This document shows, piece after piece, positions 24,334 to 35,000 of a DNA stretch of 64,000 nucleotides. Where the stretch lies: IMG/VR virus record IMGVR_UViG_3300044837_000097, positions 1 through 64,000 of that record; one strand, written 5' to 3'. The notes under the pieces are model-generated. The model saw only the letters and a program-made list of their open reading frames with translations. It ran no database searches and was not told the origin of the DNA. Position 1 is the stretch's first letter, and each line of letters opens with the position of its first letter. Position numbers and translations under genes: made by a program. This DNA is from a virus.

Positions 24334-24381
24334 TAATCAGGGGGAGCCTCGAACTCCCCCAGATTATCTTTCGAGGAGATT
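24334..24381 (+). promoter_or_regulatory. RBS-occluding pseudoknot
   Basis: GGGGGAG-CCTCGAA-CTCCCCC; loop complementary to TTCGAGG overlapping SD GAGGAG. Confidence 0.78.
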
Positions 24382-24810
24382 ATGTCAGAAGCAACAAGAG
24401 CAGCAAGTCGTCGTTATTATCAAAAGAATAAGGAAGCAGAAAAGATTCGTTCGAAGAAATGGCGTCAAGACAACCCAGAAAAATATAAAGAATGGGCAGA
24501 GAAGAATAAAGAAAAACGACGTGCTGCCAGTCGTCGATATGAATACAATATCACACCAGAAGAGTATGAACGAAAGAAAGCAGAACAAGGAAACAAATGT
24601 GCTATTTGCCGACAGGAAACTAATTTGCTTGTAGTAGACCATAATCATCTGTGTTGTCCATCGAGAAAAAGCCGAGCAGGATATAAAACTTGTGGCAGAT
24701 GTAATCGTGGCCTCTTATGTCGTTCATGTAATACAGCAATCGGATTGTTCAAAGAATCGGAGCAAGTCCTCAGCAGCGCAATCCAATATCTCAAAGGATA
24801 CCAACAATGA
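24382..24810 (+). CDS. endonuclease VII-family free-standing endonuclease
   Basis: QGNKCAIC..VDHNH..RGLLCRSCNTAIG. Confidence 0.9.
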   Translation: MSEATRAASRRYYQKNKEAEKIRSKKWRQDNPEKYKEWAEKNKEKRRAASRRYEYNITPEEYERKKAEQGNKCAICRQETNLLVVDHNHLCCPSRKSRAGYKTCGRCNRGLLCRSCNTAIGLFKESEQVLSSAIQYLKGYQQ

Positions 24811-25550
24811 GCATCATTTTACCGGGACAAGACGAAACGAGCAAGTACGGCGGCCAGATTCTGAACCCGGAGGGTCCGAAGCAGGACTTCTTCGTGCCGG
24901 GGTCCGACGTTGAGAATCCTTTCAACGAGCGCCACGACATCAACGCTACACACGAAGCCATCGGAGAACTGTTGAAGGATGGCACACCGAATTGGGTAAA
25001 GTGGCCGAACGAATACAAGTCGATGGCGAAGGAATCTTTCGCATCGCACCGAGAGGACTCGGAACGCATGGCGGCGCAGTACAAGTGGGCCGACCAAGCA
25101 GTCTTGACGGACAAAGCGTCTCGTCGAGTCAACGGGATTATGACCCGCGATTTTATGACGCGCAAATTGCGCGCCAACGACATCGTTTCCACTCTTTTGC
25201 AGAGTGACTACATCAACCACGGAGGAGGCCCGACAGCCGCCCTCTGGTGTGTTGTGCCGAACAGTTCTAAACTACGCTTTGTCTGCTATGTGGACATCCC
25301 GATGATGTTCGAATGGAGTGTGTTGAAGCTAGACCAGTACGGCATCCCGGCAGGCGAGGAGTCTCGTGGCTGGCGCACTGTCGCAGTTCAACTGGTTCAG
25401 AAAGACATCATTACCGAGGCGCAGTGCCATAAGATATTCGGCGCGCCCCCGGCAAACAGAATTTCCGACAGATACTATCGCACTCTTTGGGAGAAGAGGC
25501 ACGGGAAACCGTATCTCGACGAAGAAGACCGCGAAGGCTTCGGAAGTTAA
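24807..25550 (+). CDS. hypothetical protein
   Basis: 247-aa ORF, ATGA-coupled. Confidence 0.75.
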   Translation: MSIILPGQDETSKYGGQILNPEGPKQDFFVPGSDVENPFNERHDINATHEAIGELLKDGTPNWVKWPNEYKSMAKESFASHREDSERMAAQYKWADQAVLTDKASRRVNGIMTRDFMTRKLRANDIVSTLLQSDYINHGGGPTAALWCVVPNSSKLRFVCYVDIPMMFEWSVLKLDQYGIPAGEESRGWRTVAVQLVQKDIITEAQCHKIFGAPPANRISDRYYRTLWEKRHGKPYLDEEDREGFGS

Positions 25551-25630
25551 CGGACGTTGTTTGTCCGACTCGCCTGACCCCGGGCGTCTAACAAGTTCAG
25601 GGCAACCGGAAATTCCGGCTCAAGGAAGTT

Positions 25631-26218
25631 ATGACAAATCAGAAGGGCAGCGGTACTCCGGGCGAGACCCCGGCAACAGAAGTAGACGTACAGTCGGTGC
25701 TCGCAGAAGCATCGAAGACAGGCAATCTATCGGAAGCGAAGTTTATGGCTTTGCTCTCGATTATGATGGCGAAGGAAGCCCGCCTCGCTGAGAAAGAAGC
25801 CGCACTTGAAGTTCAAATCAAGGCGCGTGACCAGCAGCGCAAGCACGAGTCGGAGCAGTACACCATAGCGAAGATTGAGACGCAGAAGGCATGTCGCCAC
25901 TTGAAGGGTGGTAAAGGCCGCACGCGCGGTCAACAGCGCGACCCGTCCGTTTACCTTCACACGTACACCAACGGTGACCGCGTAATCAAGTGCACTTTGT
26001 GCAGCGCGAAATGGATGCCGAAAGACACCGCCGACTATCTGGACCGTAACGGAAACAAAATTCCGAACTGGACAGGCATCGGTTGGGTACAGGCGTTTGA
26101 AATGGTGGAAGACAGCAGCAACAAGCCGTCGTCATCAGAACGCTTTGGAAACACCGCACCGACCTCGATGGTTCCGACCAACGAGCGCGGCGCACAAGTT
26201 GCCAACCTACAGATTTAA
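25631..26218 (+). CDS. hypothetical protein with coiled coil and CxH..CxxC site
   Basis: AAGGA RBS. Confidence 0.75.
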   Translation: MTNQKGSGTPGETPATEVDVQSVLAEASKTGNLSEAKFMALLSIMMAKEARLAEKEAALEVQIKARDQQRKHESEQYTIAKIETQKACRHLKGGKGRTRGQQRDPSVYLHTYTNGDRVIKCTLCSAKWMPKDTADYLDRNGNKIPNWTGIGWVQAFEMVEDSSNKPSSSERFGNTAPTSMVPTNERGAQVANLQI

Positions 26219-26228
26219 TCTCTAAACC

Positions 26229-26255
26229 GAGGGGCGGCGGTTCCGCCCCCTTTTT
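26229..26255 (+). terminator. intrinsic terminator
   Basis: AGGGGCGG-CGGTT-CCGCCCCT-TTTT. Confidence 0.8.
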
Positions 26256-26369
26256 CTCAGGGGAAAAATGGCCTCAGTCGCAACCAGCCAAACAACTCAA
26301 GCCTCGCAATACGGATTCTGCACCCCATCACATTTTAACGCGCCCTCATCTGCGCGAGGATTTTAATTT

Positions 26370-28337
26370 ATGACAGCAAAAGGCGTAAACTCTCCCGCAC
26401 CTACGACAGCAGAAGTTGTCGGCGGCGTATATAATGTAGCCCCACCAGTGCTGGTCGATGGACAAGCAACTGCGTTACAAGTTGATGTCAATGGGAAACT
26501 CATCACTTCCGGTGGCAGCGGAGGCGGTGGTAACGTAAACATCACCGGAGTTAACAGCAACCCTCCTGCATTGAACAATCCGCTTCCTGTAGAGTTATCA
26601 GATGGCTCACAAGCGGTAGGAACTGCCAGCAACCCATTGAGCGTCAACGTAATCACGGGCGGCGGCTCAAACGCGTCTGTGGGCGTGACCGGCGCGTCAG
26701 CACCGGCTTCTGCGACAGAGATTGGTATTGTTGATGGCACAGGAAAGCTACAGAACGTTTCTCCGACAAGCCCTCTCCCAATTAGCGCGGCATCTCTTCC
26801 TCTTCCGACGCTAGCTGCGACAAGCACTAAACAGTCGGATGGTAGTCAGAAGAGTCAAGTTGTGGACGGCTCTGGTAACGTAGTTGGTACCACGGGAAAC
26901 GCTCTCGATGTAAACATTAAGACAGGTATTTCAAATCCTCTCCCCGTCTCTGCCGCTTCCTTGCCGCTCCCGGCTCTTGCTGCTACGTCCACTAAGCAGT
27001 CAGATGGTACTCAGAAAACGCAAGTTGTAGACGGTTCTGGTAACGTAATCAGTTCTACCGGAAACGCTCTCGATGTAAACATTAAGACGGGTATTTCAAA
27101 TCCGCTTCCCATCAGTGGCACCGTCGTAACGAACGCCGATACGACAATCGGTGGAACAGTTGCACCAAGCAAAGAAATCTTAGTGGCGGGAAAAACCAAC
27201 GACGGCACGCCACAGTATCAGCCTATCCCAGAGGGCGCGGGTGGCCGCTCTGTTATCGTAGAAGGTGTTGCTGGCGGAACAGCCGTTCCGGTTTCAGGAG
27301 CGGTGACCTCAAACCAAGGGACGGCAAACGCAACGCCTTGGAATGAGAATCTCTCCCAATGGGGCGGAACGGCAGTATCTGCGCCTCCTGCAACAGCCGT
27401 GCAGCCAACCGGAGCCGAAGTCGGACCAGTAATTAAGGCTCTCTTGAGAAAGAATCAAGACCTACTGAGCACTGCGACTATTGGCTCTGGCGCAACTTTC
27501 ACCTCTGCGGTTTTCGATACCCAGCAAACAGGGGGAGGAGTTCAAGGTGTTATCGGTTTCCTGATTCCGAGTTCTGGTTTCGGTAGCAATGCTTTGAAGT
27601 TTGATACTACCGATGACTCCACATTCACGGTATTCACAACGCAGCAATTTACCCCGTCAGCCAACGTGTTTGGACAAGTTTATGTTAACTTGTCGGGGCG
27701 ATATTGGAGACTTCGCTTTATAAACGGAGCTTCGGCGCAAACGAATCCGATTCTCTCTGTTACGACCCTATCTACGAACAAGACTCTGTCTCCGTCAATG
27801 GGCACTAACTTAAACGACGGCCTTCTTCAAACTTTACTAAGCTCGTCTATTAGCGACACCACAACCGCTGCTCTTTGGGCTTCCGCAAACGCGGGCACAG
27901 GAGCGGCTGCTCTTAGTGCTCAATATGTAATCACTAGCGGTCCTGCGGCTGGTTCGAACTGGGCAGCACTTAGAACTCCTACGACTTTTAAAACGGCAAC
28001 TGCAACCGCTTCCGGCAACACGGCGGTGTGGACCCCCACTTCTGGAAAGAAATTCCGTTTGATGCGCTTCATGGTTCAGATTACCGGAAACGCCATAACA
28101 GCAAGTGGTGTAGTTGTAACAGTCAGTTTTCAAGACTCTGCGTCAGCGATGAATATTGCTATGGACGCGTTCGTCCCCTCGGCTTCTTTGGGGACCGGTG
28201 ACGATTTTATCAGCCCTTGGGTTGACCTCGGAAACGGCTTCTTGAGCGCGGCGGCGAACAACGTTTTGAACATAAACCTGTCGTCTGCGTTGACCGGCGG
28301 AAACGTCAGAGTAACAGTCTGCGGGACGGAGGAATAA
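26370..28337 (+). CDS. virion fibre/decoration protein with 55-aa duplication
   Basis: recurring NPLPV motifs, G/S/T-rich. Confidence 0.75.
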   Translation: MTAKGVNSPAPTTAEVVGGVYNVAPPVLVDGQATALQVDVNGKLITSGGSGGGGNVNITGVNSNPPALNNPLPVELSDGSQAVGTASNPLSVNVITGGGSNASVGVTGASAPASATEIGIVDGTGKLQNVSPTSPLPISAASLPLPTLAATSTKQSDGSQKSQVVDGSGNVVGTTGNALDVNIKTGISNPLPVSAASLPLPALAATSTKQSDGTQKTQVVDGSGNVISSTGNALDVNIKTGISNPLPISGTVVTNADTTIGGTVAPSKEILVAGKTNDGTPQYQPIPEGAGGRSVIVEGVAGGTAVPVSGAVTSNQGTANATPWNENLSQWGGTAVSAPPATAVQPTGAEVGPVIKALLRKNQDLLSTATIGSGATFTSAVFDTQQTGGGVQGVIGFLIPSSGFGSNALKFDTTDDSTFTVFTTQQFTPSANVFGQVYVNLSGRYWRLRFINGASAQTNPILSVTTLSTNKTLSPSMGTNLNDGLLQTLLSSSISDTTTAALWASANAGTGAAALSAQYVITSGPAAGSNWAALRTPTTFKTATATASGNTAVWTPTSGKKFRLMRFMVQITGNAITASGVVVTVSFQDSASAMNIAMDAFVPSASLGTGDDFISPWVDLGNGFLSAAANNVLNINLSSALTGGNVRVTVCGTEE

Positions 28338-28829
28338 ATGTACTCATCTCCAACATCAACAAGAGGCGTACAAGCGGCATCTGCGAATCCGACCCAAGAT
28401 TTAAAAGATTCTGGTCGCGTAATAAAAATCTTCTCGGCCTCTTTCTCGGCAGCGACAACAGAAGCGATTGTTACTCTGACTCCCGTCTCGGATGGCACGG
28501 CAGGCTCCACTGGGACTAGCTTCACCGTTACAGCGGGAAAGAGGTTGCGTCTTCAATCCTTCTCAGTTACCACAAAGAACGCAGGGGCTGCTATTCAGGG
28601 CGTTGTTTGTAATCTTAGAATAGCAGCAAGTGGCGCTGTTACTGCCACTTCGTCTCTGGTTGCCACCGTTGGCGCTGGCACTTTATCAGCGACAGCAAAC
28701 AACGCCGCAGGCGCGGCTATGGATTTTCCAGATGGCTTGGAATTGAGTGGCACCATGCAGCTTGGTATCTCTCAAGTCGGTACGGCAACAGCCGGAAATG
28801 TTGTTACTTTAATCGGATACGAGTACTAA
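28338..28829 (+). CDS. virion protein paralogous to C-terminal domain of preceding gene
   Basis: TAGKRLRL vs TSGKKFRL; ends VTLIGYEY vs VTVCGTEE. Confidence 0.7.
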   Translation: MYSSPTSTRGVQAASANPTQDLKDSGRVIKIFSASFSAATTEAIVTLTPVSDGTAGSTGTSFTVTAGKRLRLQSFSVTTKNAGAAIQGVVCNLRIAASGAVTATSSLVATVGAGTLSATANNAAGAAMDFPDGLELSGTMQLGISQVGTATAGNVVTLIGYEY

Positions 28830-29093
28830 ATGGCGCACACATACGTAGTAACTTCAAACAGTTATACTCCCGGTGTTCCCGGCCCTGACCCCCTCGTAAC
28901 AATCATTGGAACAGTAGACGGCATTGCCGTAACCGTCCAAGTTTGGAAGAGTGCTTACGACGCCGCTCGCTTAATAAGTCTTGCTGCGTTAGAGGCATTG
29001 GTAGCACCTATAATGCTGGCGCAAGCGCAAATTAATCAACCCCCGGCTCCTTCGGTTCCGGTCAACCAAATAACCGGGACATTTATTCAGTAA
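28830..29093 (+). CDS. hypothetical protein
   Basis: TAAATG-coupled. Confidence 0.7.
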   Translation: MAHTYVVTSNSYTPGVPGPDPLVTIIGTVDGIAVTVQVWKSAYDAARLISLAALEALVAPIMLAQAQINQPPAPSVPVNQITGTFIQ

Positions 29094-29106
29094 AAGGAAA
29101 CAACAA

Positions 29107-29784
29107 ATGACAACAGCCGACATTCAACAGCAAGTGGATTTGATTTTTCAACAATTAGCAGAATTGCGCGAATCTGTGGGGGCTTTCAAGCACTGGGATA
29201 ACTGTCGCAGAGGGCAACAAGGACTCAAAGGTGAGAAAGGCGACCCCGGTTCCGATGGCGTTAGCAACATTCCGGGCATCAACGGTAAAGATGGCCGCGA
29301 CGGGAAGGACGGAGTATCCTGCGTGTGCAAAGCCGGACTTGATGGTCGCGACGGCATCGACGGTAAGGACGGAGTAAACGGCGCAGATGGTAAGGACGGT
29401 CTCGATGGTGTAAATGGCCGCGATGGTGTGGACGGCATAGACGGTAAGGATGGCTTAAGCGGTGTGGACGGCAAAGACGGTAAGGATGGCCTAAGCGGTG
29501 TGGATGGTAAAAACGGCCTAGATGCAAAGGGTGAGAAAGGCGACAGAGGAGATAAGGGTGAACCGGGCGTATCCGGGCGCAACGGCGCAGACGGAGAAAA
29601 AGGCGCGGATGGTAAAGACGGCACCAACGGCATAGACGGCACCAACGGCATAGACGGCAAGGATGGTCGAGATGGCGTGGATGGAACTCCCGGCCCCCGA
29701 GGACCCGCAGGAGACATCAATGCCGCTGTTACTCAATCACTGGCGGCTGTTACCAACTTTTTGAAAGAGAAGAACCTAATTTAA
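29107..29784 (+). CDS. collagen-like (Gly-X-Y) fibre protein
   Basis: long GxD/GxK triplet run. Confidence 0.9.
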   Translation: MTTADIQQQVDLIFQQLAELRESVGAFKHWDNCRRGQQGLKGEKGDPGSDGVSNIPGINGKDGRDGKDGVSCVCKAGLDGRDGIDGKDGVNGADGKDGLDGVNGRDGVDGIDGKDGLSGVDGKDGKDGLSGVDGKNGLDAKGEKGDRGDKGEPGVSGRNGADGEKGADGKDGTNGIDGTNGIDGKDGRDGVDGTPGPRGPAGDINAAVTQSLAAVTNFLKEKNLI

Positions 29785-29791
29785 GGATTTT

Positions 29792-31132
29792 ATGGCATAC
29801 GGATACCTCTCAAGTGACTCGCTAATCACATTGCAACAGTTGGTTGATGTTGCGCAAACGTTTGGTGATTTGGAACCGATTTTGAACGTGGGCGGACAAG
29901 CGCAGACTACCGCGCTATCCTGTGCCAACACTGTTATGAACGCCATCACGGGCGTGAATTTCCCGTGGAAGTGGAATGAGTTCAATATCCCGCCGTTCTA
30001 CACCAACAGTTTTCAGCAGGATTATGCAGCGACCCTTCCGGCAGGGTTGTACTCAGGCATTACGCTGACTGATGTGGTCTCGGTTTCTCTGTCCCAAGGC
30101 ACCGCAGTTTACGCGGGCACTGTGTTGAACGGTGAGTTCGGGTTTTTCGTCGGCATAGCTTTCGTGGTGACTGGATTCGGTAACTCGGCCAACAACGGTA
30201 CGTTCATGTGCGTGGCGTCTTCTTCGACTTCGATTGTGTTGCAGAACAAAAACGCAGTCGTGCAGTCCGGTCAGACCGCTTCGGCGGTTTCAGCGGCCAG
30301 CGGTATCCGCGACCTCGCGTGGTTGGAGCGCGGCGTAGCTTTCGACATCAACAACTCGGCTCAACCGAAGCCGTATGTGCGCGTCGAAGTAGGACGCCAG
30401 TTGCCTCAAATCACCGCGAGCTATACAGGCGGCGCTGGATTGGGTGACCCGGGCTTCTTCTGTAATTGGTTTCCGAACCGCGCACTCTACTACGGTGTTT
30501 GGGGTCAGCAACAGACGGGTGGCGCAACGCTTGGTAATAACCCGGTTGCGGGCAGCGTGTACACTCAGCCGCTCGGCAACAATTCGCAGCCTGCAAACCC
30601 TTACACTCAAATCATCGACGCTAACGGCAATTTCTTGCTCTTGACCACGTACGGCACCGAGGGCGTGTCCGCGCCGTTGGCAGCGAAGAACGCGTGCCCG
30701 GGCACCACGGTATCCGGTTCCGGCGCAACGACAGTCTGGACCGTTCTGGACCCGAATGGTTGGGGCTTCCGTGTTTCGCCTGTGCCGTCATCAACCGGAA
30801 CCGAGTGGCAGTTCAACTTGACCGCTCAAATGAAGCCTGTGCGCTTCGTTTCTCTTGACCAGACCCTAGCACCGCTGCCGGACGAGTTTGAGCCAATCTT
30901 CCGCGAGGGCTTCATCTGCCAGTTGTATCGTCGCTCCCCGGAGAAGGCCGTGTACGCGAAGTTTGCAGGCGAGTGGCAGCTATGGCTTCGCACATTGAAC
31001 GAACTTCGTTTGCGCGAAGACCGCGAACAAGAAGAGAATAAGTTTATTCCATCCCGCACTATTTTTGGTGCAGCCCGCAGCCGCAACAACTTCCAAGGCG
31101 GCGCGTGGCCCTTCAATTACCCGAGACCATAA
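29792..31132 (+). CDS. head-tail adaptor-like protein
   Basis: FPWKWN motif, C-terminal PLPDEF helix, position. Confidence 0.6.
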   Translation: MAYGYLSSDSLITLQQLVDVAQTFGDLEPILNVGGQAQTTALSCANTVMNAITGVNFPWKWNEFNIPPFYTNSFQQDYAATLPAGLYSGITLTDVVSVSLSQGTAVYAGTVLNGEFGFFVGIAFVVTGFGNSANNGTFMCVASSSTSIVLQNKNAVVQSGQTASAVSAASGIRDLAWLERGVAFDINNSAQPKPYVRVEVGRQLPQITASYTGGAGLGDPGFFCNWFPNRALYYGVWGQQQTGGATLGNNPVAGSVYTQPLGNNSQPANPYTQIIDANGNFLLLTTYGTEGVSAPLAAKNACPGTTVSGSGATTVWTVLDPNGWGFRVSPVPSSTGTEWQFNLTAQMKPVRFVSLDQTLAPLPDEFEPIFREGFICQLYRRSPEKAVYAKFAGEWQLWLRTLNELRLREDREQEENKFIPSRTIFGAARSRNNFQGGAWPFNYPRP

Positions 31133-32089
31133 ATGTTCACATTCACAATACAGAACTCTGCCTACTTCGCACAGCCGTTCGTTCAGTACGCGCCGCTCAC
31201 CGCTGGATTCGGCTTCGAGCCTTCAACCACGATTTGCTCGATGATTCGCAATTCTCTTCTGTCTGCGCCGATGTCTTGGTTCTTCAACCGCAACGAGATA
31301 ACTTTTCCAACGGTTGTAGGCCAGCAGGACTACTTGCAATCAATCAGTGCGAACGGAAATGATTTTGGCTTCATCGAGAAGGCAACGCTGACGGACGACC
31401 AAGGCAACATCATCGAAATTAAGGATGTGTACAACACGGCTCCTTTGGCTGTGTCGGCATTCAAGCAGCAACCGAGCGCGATAGCTGCACAGCAAATCAC
31501 CTACAGCGGCGTAACGCAATCGGTAAAGTTCCGCTTCCTCGGCGTGCCGAATCAGATTTACACCGTGACGGTTACTTATCAGAAGCTGGCTCCTCAGTTC
31601 GGACCTTTTTCGATTAGCGCGTCTTCGGCGGCATCAGGTGGAAACACTACGTACACCGGAACGTTTGACCCTTACTCTTTGCCAACAGGCGCGATAGCTA
31701 CAATCGCCGGATTCGTTTCTCCCAACACGGCCAACAATGGGTCCTTCACGATTGTGAGTTGCAATGCGACAACCTTGGTGGTAGCAAACACCGCAGGCAC
31801 GGCGGTCAGTGGCATCACCGCGTTCGCCTTGAATTTGTCGTGGTCTCCAATCCCCAACCAGTTCAGCGACATCTACAACAATCTTTATCTGTCTGAGGTT
31901 TTATCGGTCCACGACGATGCTCGTGCGCAATTGTATCGCCAGCGCGGCGTGGCTGCGTTCCTAGCGAAGTCGTCTGGTCTCACAGAGACGCAGAAGAACG
32001 CGTTCGTTCAACAGTGGATTGCTCGCGGTTCAGAGCGCGCATCCGCAGCACAAGCAATTCAAAGAGGCGACTTGGGGCGTAGTGTATAA
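31133..32089 (+). CDS. second adaptor/tail tubular A-like protein
   Basis: WFFNR..TVVGQQDY, PNQIYTVTVTY, PIPNQF. Confidence 0.6.
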   Translation: MFTFTIQNSAYFAQPFVQYAPLTAGFGFEPSTTICSMIRNSLLSAPMSWFFNRNEITFPTVVGQQDYLQSISANGNDFGFIEKATLTDDQGNIIEIKDVYNTAPLAVSAFKQQPSAIAAQQITYSGVTQSVKFRFLGVPNQIYTVTVTYQKLAPQFGPFSISASSAASGGNTTYTGTFDPYSLPTGAIATIAGFVSPNTANNGSFTIVSCNATTLVVANTAGTAVSGITAFALNLSWSPIPNQFSDIYNNLYLSEVLSVHDDARAQLYRQRGVAAFLAKSSGLTETQKNAFVQQWIARGSERASAAQAIQRGDLGRSV

Positions 32090-35000
32090 TGACTAGCACA
32101 TTTGAACAGAACGGCGGTCAACCTCAAAAGCAGCCGAAGTATACGGCTATTTTCGTGGACCGCGCATTCACCGGACTTTACACACAGCGCCCCGCCCTGC
32201 ACGACCCGTCCGACGTGGTCACCTCTCACTATTACGGCGGGCGTCCCGACGCTTTACTTACTGGGCGTAACGTCGAGTTGACGAATCGCAATACGTTGCA
32301 GCGTCGTCCGGGTATGGTACCTTTCCGCACCACACCGGGAGAGGGCGCATCGTACGCTACTGCGCCTGACCGCGCATTCTCTTTTCAGCTAGCTAATGGC
32401 ACAATCCGCGTTATTATAGACACGGGAGATAGCGGATTGCTTGCTATTACCGCCGCGGCAAACGCATCAGCGGGAACTACCGTTTATACCGGGACCTTCC
32501 CGGGCGGCGCATCGAACGGCTATGCGGGACTGACCTTCGTTGTTGCTGGATTCTCCACGAACCTGATTAATAATGGAACATTCACCTGCACCGCTTCTTC
32601 GACTACAACTCTCACGCTAAACAACCCCAACGGTATCGCTGAAACGATAGCCGCAACCGCAGATACTGCGGGCGGTGTGTATTGGGATAAGATGGATGGT
32701 ACCGCGACTTTGCTGGTTGCCAAGTCTCCGGGCGCAGGACAGATGTACTTCATTTCAGTCGCTGGCGTGTTGTATATGGGCGACGGCATCGACACGAGAA
32801 AATACACCCCGTTAAATGTCAATGGAATTATTTGGAATTGGGGTATTGTTGCGCCAACCGCCCAGCCAACAATCGGCTTGACTCCATCCGGCGCTGCGGC
32901 CACTCGTTGGCAGATTAACACAAACTTCACGACGATGGGCTTAACGAAGGACACGAACGCTACGCCTCTCATCTGGCAACTTATCAGCGTCAACGCTGAC
33001 GGCTCACAAGCTGCGACTGCTCAGTTTGGAACGGCGGGCAACGGTGAACCAAACTGGCCGACAGCGGAAGGCGCAACGCTTGTTGATAACAGCGTAACGT
33101 GGCTGAATATGGGTCCGGTCAGTGCGATTCTGCCGAACACTTTTTATACCGACCTCGGTATCGGCGGCGGTTACGCGGGGGAAAACTTTTCTCAACCGGG
33201 GGCTGGCACCGCGATTAACTCCATTTACGGGAACTTTAAGAACTCTGGACATCTCGGCAACACGGGTGGAACACTTCCCGCGTTCTCTGGAGCATATCCG
33301 GGTCCGGCTGGCGGGTACTTCAACAACAACACTCACTGGTTCGCAATCGGAAGTTTTAACACGCCGACACAATTATTGGCGCTGCGCTGGAAGCCATCTA
33401 AGGTTTACGCTAACTGGGCACCCACAGGCGCAAACGCATCAATTGCGGGAACACCAGATTTCATTTTGACTGGCAACCTTCCGGCAGCAGCAGGCACCGT
33501 GGTTAATCTGTTCATCCCCAAGGTTGGCGGAACATCAGGTAGCGGATACAATCCTTTCCCCTCAACGTCGGTCTTCGGAAACACGGTCACTGATAATCAG
33601 CTTTCGTGGTTGTGCTTGGGACCCGCCGCGTGGCAGTCAACTTTCGCGTACACTCCTTGGGTCGCTCAAGGTACCGCATTTGGCTGTGTCTTCGATGGCG
33701 CAAACTTTCAAGTCTGCGTAAAGTCAGCCGGTACCGGATTGAGCGGCTCTCATATTCCGGGCACCGCGATTGTAACAGCAGCTAGTGTGGTCGTCACAAA
33801 CTCGGGCACAACAACAATTTTCACTAAGAGCGCAGGCTCTTGGCTGGCGACTCCGTCAGCAGGCGACCAGATTTTGACTTCTGGTTTTGCGAATGCGGCG
33901 AACAATGGTACCTTCTTGGTTGTGTCTGCAACATCGAATACAATCGTTGTTAACGTAAACACCGGGTCACCGGAAACAGCGACAGCAACAATCACGCTGA
34001 GTCCGTGGGGCACCGGTTATGGTGCTGCAACTCAAGACGGTGGTATTACGTGGACCTGCGTCGGGCAGAATGTGCCTTGGGTCGCGGGTTCTGGTACGAC
34101 AGGAATTTGGCACCTGCCAACGGCTGGCTTTCAACCACCGGGACCGAGTGAGCAATTTGGTGGTTCCGAAGTTGCGGAGAGCGGCTTCGTCCAAGCCGTT
34201 GTGAATTCTGGAAAATCTGGACCATCTACGCCGCCTGTTTGGCCGACAACCATCGGCTCTACAGTTACTGATGCCGGTTCTCCCACAATTACGTGGCAGA
34301 CAGCAGCGGCGATTTCCTCTCAGTCGTTGGCTTGGTCATTTGGACTGGCATACGCATACAGCTTCAAGGCTCGCCCAATCGATGATATTTACTCGCCGTT
34401 GCCGCTTGGCGGCGGACTGGTTCCTCCGGGTAGCGTTCCTCTAGGCATCCCGTTTGGTTCCGAGACCAACGCCATATCTTCTGCGTCACCAGTAAACCAA
34501 ATCGTTGGCGCAAATACCGGTTCCGTCAATACTATCTCGGGTAATTATAGCCCCGACCCGCAAGTTGACACCATCGTAATTTGGCGTTCAGCCGATACTG
34601 CGTCTGGCTCAAACACCATGTTTGAGTTGACGGAGATTCCGAACGTGCCCGCGTTGGCGGGTGTGGTAATGTGGAAGTTCCAAGACTTCCTGCCCAGCGT
34701 TGCAGCGGGGTCATTTCCGGGATTGAATGTTCTTCTACCTGCGCCGGTTGACGGCGTGAACAATCCGCCACTACCGACCTTCTTGCCGCAAGTTTTTAAC
34801 TTTCAGCGCATTTGGGGGTCGAATGGTCAGCAAGTAAATTTCTCGGGCGGACCAGACACCAATGTTGGCAACCCGAACGAGGCATTCAACGAATCGGACG
34901 AGTTGCCGTTCCTCGCTCCTGTTACGCGCTTGGTCAAAACTCCTCAAGGCATCGTGACCTTCTTAACAGACAGTATCGAAATTATCGGCGGTGGTCCAGC

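Noticed and set aside
29148-29720. Pro/Ser-rich antisense ORF
   Set aside because: Mirror of the collagen triplet repeat
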